The notes beneath the pieces are model-generated. The model saw only the letters and a list, made by a program, of their open reading frames with translations, searched no databases and was not told the DNA's origin. This document shows positions 28,189 through 38,165 of a DNA stretch of 64,000 bases, piece after piece. The stretch comes from an uncultured virus (IMG/VR IMGVR_UViG_3300035181_000699) (taxonomy: Duplodnaviria; Heunggongvirae; Uroviricota; Caudoviricetes). The stretch lies in the IMG/VR virus record IMGVR_UViG_3300035181_000699; one strand, 5' to 3'. A program made the translations under genes and the position numbers. Each line of letters starts with the position of its first letter. Position 1 is the stretch's first letter.

Positions 28189-28769
28189 TGGATAAGGTTC
28201 AGTTGACAGACACTATTGGCAATTTGATTACTGTCTCTCAAGACGGCAGCCACCCTGATACCATACCTGGCATATCTGTACTGAGGCACAGTCGTATACC
28301 CAGATACTCTACGCTAGAGTGGGAATGCGCGCCACCAGGCTATACAGGTGATTCTTACCTACATCTTAATACAGGTGTGCAAGCAATATTTGGCAGTGGT
28401 GTAGTACAAATACATGATTCTAACGGTAACTGGGTAGTTGTACATATAGATTTCAATGCTGCTACACTAGGTAAAACAGTGATGTTTGATTATGCTTTGC
28501 CAAACTACCCTGCAGACCAGGCTTATGGCTTAGGCCCTTCACCACTGAGCAGTTTGGTGTTTGAGGATATCGCTAGAAGGGTGTATAACAATCCTGAGTT
28601 GGGTATCCTCTTAAGGCAGTTAAATATCCTAGACTTAGGAGTTGGTGGGCAGTACATAGTACCAGCCAAATCAGAACTCTCTAAAGAGGCATTGGCTCCA
28701 GATAGTTACATATGCCAGGTTTTGGACCAGTTACTGGCTTTCTATGATAGTAGGATGACTGATGAATAG
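28188..28769 (+). CDS. Baseplate protein (possible LysM/gp53-like C-terminus)
   Basis: EDIARRVYNNPELG pattern; position. Confidence 0.45.
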   Translation: MDKVQLTDTIGNLITVSQDGSHPDTIPGISVLRHSRIPRYSTLEWECAPPGYTGDSYLHLNTGVQAIFGSGVVQIHDSNGNWVVVHIDFNAATLGKTVMFDYALPNYPADQAYGLGPSPLSSLVFEDIARRVYNNPELGILLRQLNILDLGVGGQYIVPAKSELSKEALAPDSYICQVLDQLLAFYDSRMTDE

Positions 28770-29169
28770 AGATAAGTTTTTACAGCAGGCTCTGCCATTT
28801 CAAGGGTTGCATGCTCCGTACAGTAGAGGTGGCCATTTACTGTACTCAGTGGATACGCCATCAGGTATAGTGCACAGCGCGTTCTTAGTTAGGTTAGCTA
28901 TGTCAGACTGCGAGTCAGAAAACCCATTTCAGACTCTTGGCTTAGACCCTCAAATGATATTCTCAATTAACAATGGTCAAGCCCCCATGGTTCAAAAGGC
29001 TGTGTCAGACATGTTTGACGAATTTGTTGACAGGTTTAGGTTGCTAGAAGTAAATACCAAGTCTGACGTAGATGGCGGCAGAGTTGGGTTGACTGCTAGA
29101 GCTAGATATCTACCATTTAATCAAGAAATTACTCTAGGGGATTTGCTCCCTGTTGACCTGGTGAGGTAG
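28762..29169 (+). CDS. Baseplate wedge/sheath initiator (gp25-like)
   Basis: Size and position before baseplate J. Confidence 0.5.
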   Translation: MNRDKFLQQALPFQGLHAPYSRGGHLLYSVDTPSGIVHSAFLVRLAMSDCESENPFQTLGLDPQMIFSINNGQAPMVQKAVSDMFDEFVDRFRLLEVNTKSDVDGGRVGLTARARYLPFNQEITLGDLLPVDLVR

Positions 29170-29171
29170 CC

Positions 29172-31055
29172 ATGGCGGACTTTAAGTTTACTGCTTTTTA
29201 TTACAAAGCAATTCTGGAGGCCCTACAGGAGTTTCGTAGGAGAAATATCAAGCAACTCCCCGACTTTTCTCCTTACGCTCCAGAAACTCAGCTTGAGCGT
29301 ATGATGGCTCTTGTTGGGCATCTTGTTAATTGCAACATAGATATACTTGCTAACGAATTAGCACTTCCTACAGCCAAATTGCTACAGTCCGCCATCAATA
29401 TAGGCAACACCCTGGGCTACCCATTTTCTCAGTTTTCTCCAGCAGTAGCAACAGTTGTAGGTAAGTTATCCGCAGATATCACTCAACAGACTACAGTACT
29501 GCCTGCCCTTTCCTCCTTTAGCGCTAAAGATGTTAATACAGGAGCAGCAATTAACTTTGAGAACTTAGAAGCATTTGTGTTGTATGACACTAAGACTGTG
29601 TCTATCAAATACTACAGTTCTCTACAAAATCAGTATTTTAGTTCTCCATACCAAGATGTGGTTCCTGTACAAATTGGAGACTGCATATACTTTGGGCTAG
29701 AAACAATGTTCACTTCTCTAAACTTCGCTTTGAGCGAAGGCGCTACTTGGCAAGGAGTTTGGGAGTATTGGGACGGTCTATATGAGGTATGGGCGCCAAT
29801 ACCTCATGGAGTTGATAACACAGGCAACTTAGACCACAGTGGTACAGTAAACTTCTCTTTGCCACAACAGATAAATGCTGATTGGGAGACCATGAGCATT
29901 GACTCTGAAGCAAGATACTGGGTAAGGTTCAGAATAACACAAGTTGATGTGGGTTCTACTCTTCCAACTCTAACTTCTAAATACCCGTCTGGCACTGGAG
30001 ACATGGTTGACGCTGACACTGGGGACAAGTGGATAAAATTACTTGTCACTCAAGGTATAACCAGAAATGAGTCTTTTACCTCAACAGGGGTTGCCAATCA
30101 AACCTTCCAGCTGGGTAATGTGGGCTTGGTAGAAGGAAGTTTGGAAACTATCGAAGTTATGGAAGGTACTCAGCAGTCACAGTGGCTAAGGCAGAAGTAT
30201 ATGGGGCTGGCTGGGCCTAATGACTTGGTATTTACATATGTTGTAGACTCAGAAAACCATATCTATTTATCATTTGGAGATGGCACAACAGGCAAAGTTC
30301 CTGCGTATGGAGCAGTCATTTCTGTTTCTTATAGGACAGTCTCTGTAACTTCTGGGGGGAATGTTCCTGCGTATAGCATTAGCGGAGGAGACACTGGTGG
30401 CAAAGTACTGTCGTTCACCAATCCTAGGTCTGCTGCTGGGTTCAAAAGCGCATTTGCCCCACTGGAATTTCTTAAGCAAAATATACCACTATGGGCCAGC
30501 ACTAACTCCCGAGCAGTGACTAACGCAGATTTGGAGTATTTTCTGCTTAATAACGCTACAGGCTCAGGAAGTTCTCCCGCAAGTAGAGTAAACATCATAG
30601 ACGAAGGGATGGGCACAGGGTCAATAGTTGCTGTGCTTGTTGGTAGCGGGGGCGGCTTAATTGATTCTTCTGTTATGACAAGTATAGAAAACTACTTCAA
30701 CGATAAGAAAAGTGGCATACTGCAAGTCAACAAAAGGCTTTCTTTGATTAACTACACCCCCAGGCATATTTCTATATCTGCCTTGGTTCATGGCGGGAAT
30801 AGGAATGACATAATAGCAGCATTGTTAGCTAAGTTCCAGCCTCTCGCTACTAGAACTGCTGACGATGGGTCTATTACTTGGCAGTGGAACTTTAATGGAA
30901 GAGTACCAATTTCTGTTATCATAGCCACTATACAAGATGTTCCTAATGTAGGAAATGTTGTGCTCTATTCTCCTACTTCAGATGTGCAATTGGCTGCTAA
31001 CGAATTGCCTATTGTAGAGCTGTCTGACATTTCATTGGATGTACGTGCAGTCTAG
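29172..31055 (+). CDS. Baseplate J / gp6-like wedge protein
   Basis: FGDGTTGKVP, GGNV and RAVTNADLE motifs. Confidence 0.88.
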   Translation: MADFKFTAFYYKAILEALQEFRRRNIKQLPDFSPYAPETQLERMMALVGHLVNCNIDILANELALPTAKLLQSAINIGNTLGYPFSQFSPAVATVVGKLSADITQQTTVLPALSSFSAKDVNTGAAINFENLEAFVLYDTKTVSIKYYSSLQNQYFSSPYQDVVPVQIGDCIYFGLETMFTSLNFALSEGATWQGVWEYWDGLYEVWAPIPHGVDNTGNLDHSGTVNFSLPQQINADWETMSIDSEARYWVRFRITQVDVGSTLPTLTSKYPSGTGDMVDADTGDKWIKLLVTQGITRNESFTSTGVANQTFQLGNVGLVEGSLETIEVMEGTQQSQWLRQKYMGLAGPNDLVFTYVVDSENHIYLSFGDGTTGKVPAYGAVISVSYRTVSVTSGGNVPAYSISGGDTGGKVLSFTNPRSAAGFKSAFAPLEFLKQNIPLWASTNSRAVTNADLEYFLLNNATGSGSSPASRVNIIDEGMGTGSIVAVLVGSGGGLIDSSVMTSIENYFNDKKSGILQVNKRLSLINYTPRHISISALVHGGNRNDIIAALLAKFQPLATRTADDGSITWQWNFNGRVPISVIIATIQDVPNVGNVVLYSPTSDVQLAANELPIVELSDISLDVRAV

Positions 31056-31063
31056 GAGAAACT

Positions 31064-32608
31064 ATGTCCTACGACGTTTACAAGTTCATTATCAAAGCGG
31101 TTAGGGATTCTGATGAAGACGGCATACTTGAGAAATTTGTTGCTGGATTCCAAGCAGTTTATGATAATGCTTGGAATAAACTAGATTCCCTTAGAGGTCT
31201 CTATAGCCCATATTCAGAACTGAAGAGTGACCAAATTGACTACTTGTTAAACACTTTGGGGATGCCACAATCTGTGGCGAGCCAACTTCAAGAATACCAA
31301 AAGAGAAGATTGATTCAGCAGTTGATATCTTTGTGGAAGGTCAAGTCAATTAAGAAAGGCATTAACGCTCATTTTAATGCCATAGGAAGCATAGAGTCTT
31401 CTTATGATGAGCAATTTGATTTCAGATGGCTCTTAGAAGACAAAGCTGTAGGAGAAGACAATTTCGCTCTAACCCCAGTAGACCTGTGCACTACAGACTT
31501 ATATCTAAAAGTTCCATACTGGCAAGAAATATCTTTGATAACCAATAGGAGCCAAGCCAACTTAGGACCTTTGAGGGTTATATTTAAGAATTTGAACGTG
31601 TCTCCAGGCAACATACCTACGCAGCTAATAGCAGAGTTCTTGGTTGACGGCCCAGGAGCCAAAATGGGCTTAGACTTGCTTATTAATGGTTCTTGGGTAG
31701 CAGCTTCATCAACAGTACAAGACCAATTTGGCTATCCTATGAACTTAAACATCAATTCCCCAGGGGCAAATTTAGGCAAATGGATTAGACGCATTTTTCC
31801 TATACCAAGCAACATAAATCTTTATGCTCTTGCTTTGTATGATAATAATGATGGCGTCGGGCAGTACCGAATTAGAATCCGCAGGGTTATGCTAGTGACT
31901 AATGGTTATGTTTACCCCTTATTTTGTTACAAAGATACTTGGACCAACCAAGTTGTAGGTTCCCCAAGCGCAGGAATTTCTTATCAACTGTCTTCATCCT
32001 TGAGTTACTATGAGTCTCTACCACTAATTTCTAGCATAGCTTCTTATATGAGGCCAACTGGCGAGAAGTTCAAATTACACCTTGTGTATGAAAGGCATAT
32101 TGCCCCTTTTAATCTTTCTGATAACTTGTACATGAGCGATTTGATTACCATAGACCAGAATACAGGATACATAGTGTTCCCAAGTGACGGTACAGCTTGG
32201 GTTGAATCCTGTGACACAGACAAGTATTTAGGTGCTAAGGATTACATGGTATCAATACAAGTAGAAAACATGGGCACAGTTCGTATAGATTTGAATGCTA
32301 GTGGGCCTCCTAATACTCCTGCAAGTTATAGCCTTGTTTTGAGCGGTGGTGTTGCTACTATCGCCAGAGGCTCCACCACTTTGGCCACTGGTACTTACGA
32401 CAGCAGAGGCATTATACACAGAATATCATTTGCTCGGGAAGGCACTGTTTTACAGGCATATGTTGATGGGAATAATATACTACAAGTGTCAGATGGCCCT
32501 ATTGCTAACACCATGTCTGGGGTTTGGAAGTTGTCCGGGAACGGCTTCCAGTTAGTTGAGCTGGCAGTACTGCCTATTCCCACATACACAGAGGAGCTAG
32601 GAACATGA
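31064..32608 (+). CDS. Baseplate wedge/tail protein I-like with C-terminal beta-rich domains
   Basis: Follows J; KRRLIQQLISLWKVK pattern. Confidence 0.65.
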   Translation: MSYDVYKFIIKAVRDSDEDGILEKFVAGFQAVYDNAWNKLDSLRGLYSPYSELKSDQIDYLLNTLGMPQSVASQLQEYQKRRLIQQLISLWKVKSIKKGINAHFNAIGSIESSYDEQFDFRWLLEDKAVGEDNFALTPVDLCTTDLYLKVPYWQEISLITNRSQANLGPLRVIFKNLNVSPGNIPTQLIAEFLVDGPGAKMGLDLLINGSWVAASSTVQDQFGYPMNLNINSPGANLGKWIRRIFPIPSNINLYALALYDNNDGVGQYRIRIRRVMLVTNGYVYPLFCYKDTWTNQVVGSPSAGISYQLSSSLSYYESLPLISSIASYMRPTGEKFKLHLVYERHIAPFNLSDNLYMSDLITIDQNTGYIVFPSDGTAWVESCDTDKYLGAKDYMVSIQVENMGTVRIDLNASGPPNTPASYSLVLSGGVATIARGSTTLATGTYDSRGIIHRISFAREGTVLQAYVDGNNILQVSDGPIANTMSGVWKLSGNGFQLVELAVLPIPTYTEELGT

Positions 32609-34635
32609 CTACCAGAGTAGAAATGCTAAAAAGTAAGGTGAATGTTTACCCTAAGAACCTGATGGGACTGACTGACATCCGTGAACAATTTCTAGACTAC
32701 CTTACTGAGAAAACTAGGCAGTTTGCTAGGACCTGTTACCCATACGCAGGTCTATTTGCTTTTGGGGGTCTTACTACTCAACTAGTTGACAAAATGTCTA
32801 TTTTGTCAGGGTTTGGTATAGACAACAATGGTAACGTGCTGAGCTGGCCTAACTACCAGAACATAGCTATACCAACAGGAACAGCCCTGACCTTGTATTA
32901 TGGGTTTAAGTATGGAGAATTAGTTAGTGAGCCAGAGCCCAACCCCAAAACAGGAGCAATTGAGTACGGCAAGATATACGAGGTTATAGGAGAAATCTCT
33001 GCTCCTGATAGTGTTACAGATAACGGTAACGGAACTTTAACACTTGTTCTAGACACTCTACTGCACAACATAAATGCTGCAGGTAGAGTGGTTAGGGTAC
33101 AACTTGTGCAGCCTCAGTCACTAACATCTTGGTTTGAAGACCTGGTAGTTTCTTACGTTAATGGCCATAATGTTGTTACAACTTCTGGAGTTCTTGGGCA
33201 GACTACCCCATCAACAGCTGCTGCTGCCTACCTGGTTTGGGCTATTGGGCCTTCTATCAGCGGGGTGTCATTAGGTGACCAGTTTATAGACTTGGGTCAA
33301 ACCTATCAAGCAACTCCTTCTAGCATACCTGTATGGGTAAAAACCAGCATACGCTGGCTTCAAGGCGTGTACAACCATCATATAGCCAATGTGCCTGCTG
33401 AAGTAGGATACCCACATAAACTGGTTGACTTGGATACATACCATTACTCTCTAACAAACCTACTCCCCAACAGCTTCTTTGGGACATATAGTAGCGCAAA
33501 CCCAATAGCTATGAACGAATGGGATGCAGTAGTCACTTTAGACACAGGAACTGGTACACCAACTTTCGTCATTGACCCAACTGCTGGACTCATTGGATAC
33601 GGGGCACTAAAGTACACTGCAGTAAATACCGCCGTTGGAAGTGCTACACTATCCCCCAAAACTGCGTATGGGCACTTAGTGCCCCCAGGAGGCTATCTCT
33701 CAGCTCAGGCTATAGTCAAACTTAACTCAGGTTCTTTATCTGCTACTGGGTCTTACTACATGATACAACTGGCGGTATATGAGAAAGATGGTACTACTGC
33801 AATTGAAACAGTTACCTTAGATACTGAGCAACTTCCAGCCAGCTCCTTGGGGCAGTGGGTTATACTGTATTACAATGGGTGGAAGAACACGTATGGCCGT
33901 ACTGTGGTAGTTCGCCCTGTCTACAAGATACATTCCAACTTGGAGGCTTGTACTGTATTGATTTCAGCAGTTAAGCTGGAGAGGTCCAAGTCTATCACCC
34001 GTTATTGCCCGCATATCAATGACCCCCTCGGAGGGCTTGGGTCAGGCACTACCACAACGACTACAACGACCACAACGACTACCACAACAACGACCACTAC
34101 AGGCACTACAACAACTGGAACAGGAACAACGACTACTACTTCCTCAAGCACCACTACGACCACTACCACAACAACCACAACGACTACTACTTCTTCTGGT
34201 GGTGGGAGTGGTTGTATATATGGCCAGTCTGCTATCGCTCAACCAGAAGGTAAGAGCACCGCCATTGAAAACATCAAAGTTGGAGATATCATACTGGGGC
34301 GTTCTCCAGACGGCAGCATAGTGCCTCAAAAAGTGCTAAAGGTGATGAAGCATGTAGGAACTTACAAGTTGAGACGCCTTTATACAGAAGATGTAGGGTT
34401 GCTGATTACCCCGGACCACAAGGTCTGGCGTGATGACAAGCAAGAATACAGCCCAGCTGGCTACATGGATAAAGACAAACTTGCTGCTAGATGCTACGTC
34501 TTAGACAAAGGCGCGTCAGAAGTTAGGTATGACGCCTTTGAAATATCAATAAAAACTGTGTGGAACCTTACAACTGAGCTGCATAACTACTTTGCAAATG
34601 GTATCTTAATCAGCAACGTGAAGATGGACCAGTGA
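32605..34635 (+). CDS. Tail fibre with poly-Thr tract and C-terminal Hint (intein-like) domain
   Basis: Thr tract at 34048-34191; Hint at 34213-34617 (C start, TPDH, VWNL...HNYFANGILISN). Confidence 0.8.
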   Translation: MTTRVEMLKSKVNVYPKNLMGLTDIREQFLDYLTEKTRQFARTCYPYAGLFAFGGLTTQLVDKMSILSGFGIDNNGNVLSWPNYQNIAIPTGTALTLYYGFKYGELVSEPEPNPKTGAIEYGKIYEVIGEISAPDSVTDNGNGTLTLVLDTLLHNINAAGRVVRVQLVQPQSLTSWFEDLVVSYVNGHNVVTTSGVLGQTTPSTAAAAYLVWAIGPSISGVSLGDQFIDLGQTYQATPSSIPVWVKTSIRWLQGVYNHHIANVPAEVGYPHKLVDLDTYHYSLTNLLPNSFFGTYSSANPIAMNEWDAVVTLDTGTGTPTFVIDPTAGLIGYGALKYTAVNTAVGSATLSPKTAYGHLVPPGGYLSAQAIVKLNSGSLSATGSYYMIQLAVYEKDGTTAIETVTLDTEQLPASSLGQWVILYYNGWKNTYGRTVVVRPVYKIHSNLEACTVLISAVKLERSKSITRYCPHINDPLGGLGSGTTTTTTTTTTTTTTTTTTGTTTTGTGTTTTTSSSTTTTTTTTTTTTTTSSGGGSGCIYGQSAIAQPEGKSTAIENIKVGDIILGRSPDGSIVPQKVLKVMKHVGTYKLRRLYTEDVGLLITPDHKVWRDDKQEYSPAGYMDKDKLAARCYVLDKGASEVRYDAFEISIKTVWNLTTELHNYFANGILISNVKMDQ

Positions 34636-34659
34636 TTTGATTAAGGAGATAGAGGGCTT

Positions 34660-36030
34660 ATGAAACTGGCAGTGCTTGGAATCATAGGGGGATATCTGCC
34701 TGCGTACTCAATTAGTACTGTAGTCCGCAATCAACTGTTGGGGCTACAAGATTTGGGGTTAAACCCTGTATTTATAAACACAGAAGGAGGAGAACACCCC
34801 AAGGAGTTTACTGGGGAAAGAAGATATTTACCTAACCTGAAAATGGAAGACTGGTTAGGCGGCACACCGTTAGACGAGCATTGGTATGACAATGCCCAGC
34901 TGCTTGTTGAACCCATGATTCAAGCATTGAAAGACATTGATGTCCTATTAGCCAACGATTTAATCATGCAGAGCTGGTACATGCAATATCGTTGGGCTTT
35001 GTGGGTTGCTTTGGAGCACTTGCCGAACATTAAGGTGTACCATTTGATACATTCAGCTCCTGCTGACCATAAAGACCTAGGTGCGCCATTCAACACTATG
35101 TATGAGCTAAAAGAACAAGAAAGTGTTATCTACAATAACTGTAGTGACCTCCAGGCAGTGGCAGAAAGGTATCAAACTGACAGGGTGTTCGGAGCATTCA
35201 ACCCTATTGATTTGCCAGACTTTTTTGAGCTTTCTCCAGAAGTGTCAAGCCTCTACAAAGCCATGCGTCTAGAAGACGCAGACATCATTACCATTTATCC
35301 AACTAGGCTGAGCGAAGGCAAACAAATTGATGTCTGGTTGAGTATGGTAGCTGCCTTCAAAGAACTAGGAATCAGCATTAGAGGAATCATAGTCAACTCC
35401 TTTTCTAATTCCCAAGAAAGCCTAGACACTATTGCTCGGCTCAAGGACCATGCTGCGGATGAAGGTTTAGTGTGTAATAAAGACTTTTGCTTTACTTCTG
35501 AAGTATGCAAATCAGAATTGGGGCTGGGCCGGCATGATGTATCTTCTTTGAATAGGCTGGCAAACCTGTTCATACAAACAAGTTTATCAGAAACTTGTTC
35601 ACTGATTATGCTTGAGGCAATGGCAAACCGTCAATTGCTGATACTTAACGCAGACCTGCCTTGCAACAAGTTTCAAGAGTTTGGTGGCCAGGAAGTGATT
35701 TATGCTAGATTTGGCAATCTACACGCCAGCTGCTTTATGAAAGGAGAACTAGCCCATACATACTACCGTCATATAGCTATGGAAGCCATGGAAGCTCTGT
35801 TGAGTTCTAGGGAACAGAGGGGTTTCTGGAGAGCTTTGAGAAATCATTCTAGAAGAGCCTATGCCCAAAAGCTGGGCGAAATAATGGGTGTGTACCACAA
35901 TGAGGATATAAAGCCCTTGCGCGCAGTTGATGCTCCTTTCGTAGGACAATCTATTCCTCAAGAGCCAAAAGTACAGCTAAGTACCTCTGGCACAGTTCCT
36001 TTGCACCTTGTTGAAAAGGGCATGTATTAG
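34660..36030 (+). CDS. Glycosyltransferase (GT-B, GT4-like)
   Basis: PTRLSEGKQ and FIQTSLSETCSLIMLEAM (E-x7-E) motifs. Confidence 0.85.
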   Translation: MKLAVLGIIGGYLPAYSISTVVRNQLLGLQDLGLNPVFINTEGGEHPKEFTGERRYLPNLKMEDWLGGTPLDEHWYDNAQLLVEPMIQALKDIDVLLANDLIMQSWYMQYRWALWVALEHLPNIKVYHLIHSAPADHKDLGAPFNTMYELKEQESVIYNNCSDLQAVAERYQTDRVFGAFNPIDLPDFFELSPEVSSLYKAMRLEDADIITIYPTRLSEGKQIDVWLSMVAAFKELGISIRGIIVNSFSNSQESLDTIARLKDHAADEGLVCNKDFCFTSEVCKSELGLGRHDVSSLNRLANLFIQTSLSETCSLIMLEAMANRQLLILNADLPCNKFQEFGGQEVIYARFGNLHASCFMKGELAHTYYRHIAMEAMEALLSSREQRGFWRALRNHSRRAYAQKLGEIMGVYHNEDIKPLRAVDAPFVGQSIPQEPKVQLSTSGTVPLHLVEKGMY

Positions 36031-36038
36031 GAGGGAAC

Positions 36039-36314
36039 ATGGAAAAGCCTCAAGTACACTTTTTAGAGAGTAACACAACTAGATACGCACTGTTAGCGCT
36101 GGCTATTTGCTTGGCGCTAGACATCAGTGGCAATTACTGGAAGGAGGTGATACCTGCGACAATTACCCAGTACGCAGATGGTGGTGTCATAACGTGCCTT
36201 GGCATTTTACTAGCTAGAGCCACGGGCATCGGTGCAACTAGCAAGTTGTCGTACAGAAAGCCTAGCTCTACAGATACACCAGATACACCAGATACAACCC
36301 AAGAAGGAGGTTGA
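36039..36314 (+). CDS. Holin-like membrane protein
   Basis: Two hydrophobic helices and a charged tail. Confidence 0.5.
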   Translation: MEKPQVHFLESNTTRYALLALAICLALDISGNYWKEVIPATITQYADGGVITCLGILLARATGIGATSKLSYRKPSSTDTPDTPDTTQEGG

Positions 36315-36315
36315 G

Positions 36316-36861
36316 ATGATGAAGAAATTCTGTATCATAGTAGCTCTGTTTGTTATGTCCACTGCCCTCATGGCTCAGGTTCAGACCCAGCTTGGTGTTG
36401 GCCATCTGTGGTCTGCTCAGGGGAGTTACCCCTACGCCATGGAGACCTCGCAGTTCCAGCTACAGGGGTCTTTCCTGTTTGATTTTGACCCTCATTGGTC
36501 TGCGGGCCTCTCTGTGAGCAGAGACACCATTGATGTAGTCAACTGGGCGTACTACCACAATTTTACTACCAATTTGCCCCCTGCCGGTTCGGTGAACTAC
36601 ACCATTTTTGACGCTGAAGGCCGTTACACGTTCAACCCAGGAGACAAGGCTTTGGTCTATGCCATGGTGGGCATGTCCTTGTATGACCGAGGCGGAGTGC
36701 ACAAGGGCGGTGTCACTGCTGGCTTTGGGTTGCAGTACCAATTTTACAAAGGCCTCTATCTGTATGTTGACGCCAGGTTCAGGCACGTTCAGAACTTTGT
36801 AGTTCCTGTGGCCAACACAGTCCAGACAGGTTTGGGCCTTGGGTGGAAGTTCGGCAAGTAG
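36316..36861 (+). CDS. Outer-membrane beta-barrel protein (OmpA/Ail/Lom-like small barrel)
   Basis: Signal peptide MKKF..ALMA-Q; alternating amphipathic strands; C-terminal GLGWKF. Confidence 0.8.
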   Translation: MMKKFCIIVALFVMSTALMAQVQTQLGVGHLWSAQGSYPYAMETSQFQLQGSFLFDFDPHWSAGLSVSRDTIDVVNWAYYHNFTTNLPPAGSVNYTIFDAEGRYTFNPGDKALVYAMVGMSLYDRGGVHKGGVTAGFGLQYQFYKGLYLYVDARFRHVQNFVVPVANTVQTGLGLGWKFGK

Positions 36862-36884
36862 TAATTGTTCCTCGAGGCACTGAA

Positions 36885-36924
36885 TAGACCCCTGGCTCTT
36901 ACCATATGCCAGGGGTCTAAGTTT
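36885..36924 (+). terminator. Intrinsic terminator-like hairpin
   Basis: 12-bp stem TAGACCCCTGGC/GCCAGGGGTCTA. Confidence 0.6.
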
Positions 36925-36934
36925 ATACCGTGTC

Positions 36935-36993
36935 TGGCACTCTCTCGTCTTAGAGACGCAATGAAACAGGGTTCACCTGTGGGGTTGTTTGGG
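36935..36993 (+). repeat. Dispersed ~60-bp element, copy 3
   Basis: CTCTCGTCTTAGAGACGCAATGAAAC is a near-perfect reverse complement of 62371-62396. Confidence 0.8.
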
Positions 36994-37017
36994 TAGAGGG
37001 TCTAAAAGGAGGTCTAC

Positions 37018-37608
37018 ATGCTAAGAGTAAACAAGTGGGAAGACGTACAACCTGGGGATTTAGGGTGGTATGTAGGCCCAGGAATAATATCTGATGCCAT
37101 AGAACACATAACAGCAAGGAAGGATTTGATTAGTTTAGGCTTCAAGATTCCTTCACATGTGTTCATCGTGCTTAACAAAACACAGGTCATAGAGGCCCTA
37201 GAGAAAACCAAGGTACGGTCTAAGCTGGAGTACAAAGCAGACTTTGAAGCAGGGAATGTTTACATCTTTAGGCCAGATGCTCCTGAGCAGATAGTCAAAG
37301 ACACTCTACTTGAGTTCTACAGCAAATATGACAACCACCCTTACGGATGGTTACAGATTCTTGGTTTTATCCCGGTCCTGCTCTTACGCAAGCTACACCT
37401 AAATGTCTTCAATCCTTTCCCTCTAGGGACAGTTTGCTCAGAAGATGGTTTGATTTATTTACGCATGCTGATGTTAGCTCTGAGCAAGGCAGGTGAAACG
37501 GAGAAAGCTCTCAAGCTGGGCTGGACAGTGAGGCTAGACCCAAACACCACTGACCCTGCCCTATTGTTAATCTGCTGCATAAAGGACGACGTGCCTCCGT
37601 ACATGTAG
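37018..37608 (+). CDS. Permuted papain-like NlpC/P60 amidase (YiiX/YaeF-like)
   Basis: SHVFI His, VIEA, YGW and VCSE Cys in permuted order. Confidence 0.75.
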   Translation: MLRVNKWEDVQPGDLGWYVGPGIISDAIEHITARKDLISLGFKIPSHVFIVLNKTQVIEALEKTKVRSKLEYKADFEAGNVYIFRPDAPEQIVKDTLLEFYSKYDNHPYGWLQILGFIPVLLLRKLHLNVFNPFPLGTVCSEDGLIYLRMLMLALSKAGETEKALKLGWTVRLDPNTTDPALLLICCIKDDVPPYM

Positions 37609-37616
37609 GAGACACA

Positions 37617-38123
37617 ATGGTTTATCCGTTTCAACGTGAGTTCGTAAAGCTAGTCCTGCCCCCAGCTAAACGACAACAAGACAGAACGGGGCTGTACGCA
37701 AATTCTGTAGTCACTCTGGCAGCCCTAGAAACCAATTGGGGCAAGTATCTAATCCCCAACTCGAACAACCTGTTCAATTTGTTAGATGACTTTGATTGGA
37801 TGGGGGAGACTGTAGATGTAGACCTGCCTATCAAAATCGGTGATAGATACCTCAAAAAGACCAAGAAGTTCAAAGTGTACTACTCCCTAGATGACTCAAT
37901 TGTTGACCTAGCGATACAATTGAGGAAAGACAGGCATTTGTATAGAGCTATATCAGCGAGCAGGAATACTCACCTGTTCTTTGAGTATTTACGGCGGTAT
38001 AAGTACTGGGGCGAAAGAGATAAAGCCAATGACCCAAGAGCACTCAAACTATATCTTAGGCATAAACGCATTATCAAATCAGTTTACAAAGCAATTAAAG
38101 AAATTGATGTGGTTCTTGCTTAA
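37617..38123 (+). CDS. GH73 glucosaminidase/muramidase-like protein
   Basis: AALETNWG, NNLFN and FKVYYSLDDSI motifs; the usual YATD motif is not evident. Confidence 0.75.
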   Translation: MVYPFQREFVKLVLPPAKRQQDRTGLYANSVVTLAALETNWGKYLIPNSNNLFNLLDDFDWMGETVDVDLPIKIGDRYLKKTKKFKVYYSLDDSIVDLAIQLRKDRHLYRAISASRNTHLFFEYLRRYKYWGERDKANDPRALKLYLRHKRIIKSVYKAIKEIDVVLA

Positions 38124-38146
38124 CTTATTTGATGTAACACTGTAAT
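38120..38146 (+). promoter_or_regulatory. Candidate phage middle promoter TTAACTTA-N12-CTGTAAT
   Basis: Same motif and spacing at 48876 and 52875, each about 20 nt before a start codon. Confidence 0.55.
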
Positions 38147-38165
38147 CCCTGGCAAGAGGGCGTAC

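Noticed and set aside
19958..32608. Stand-alone contractile injection system (eCIS/tailocin)
   Set aside because: Terminase, portal, capsid and replication genes show this is a complete phage
34213..34617. Canonical splicing intein or mobile element
   Set aside because: No homing endonuclease, the +1 residue is Val and only five residues follow; treated as a Hint autoprocessing domain
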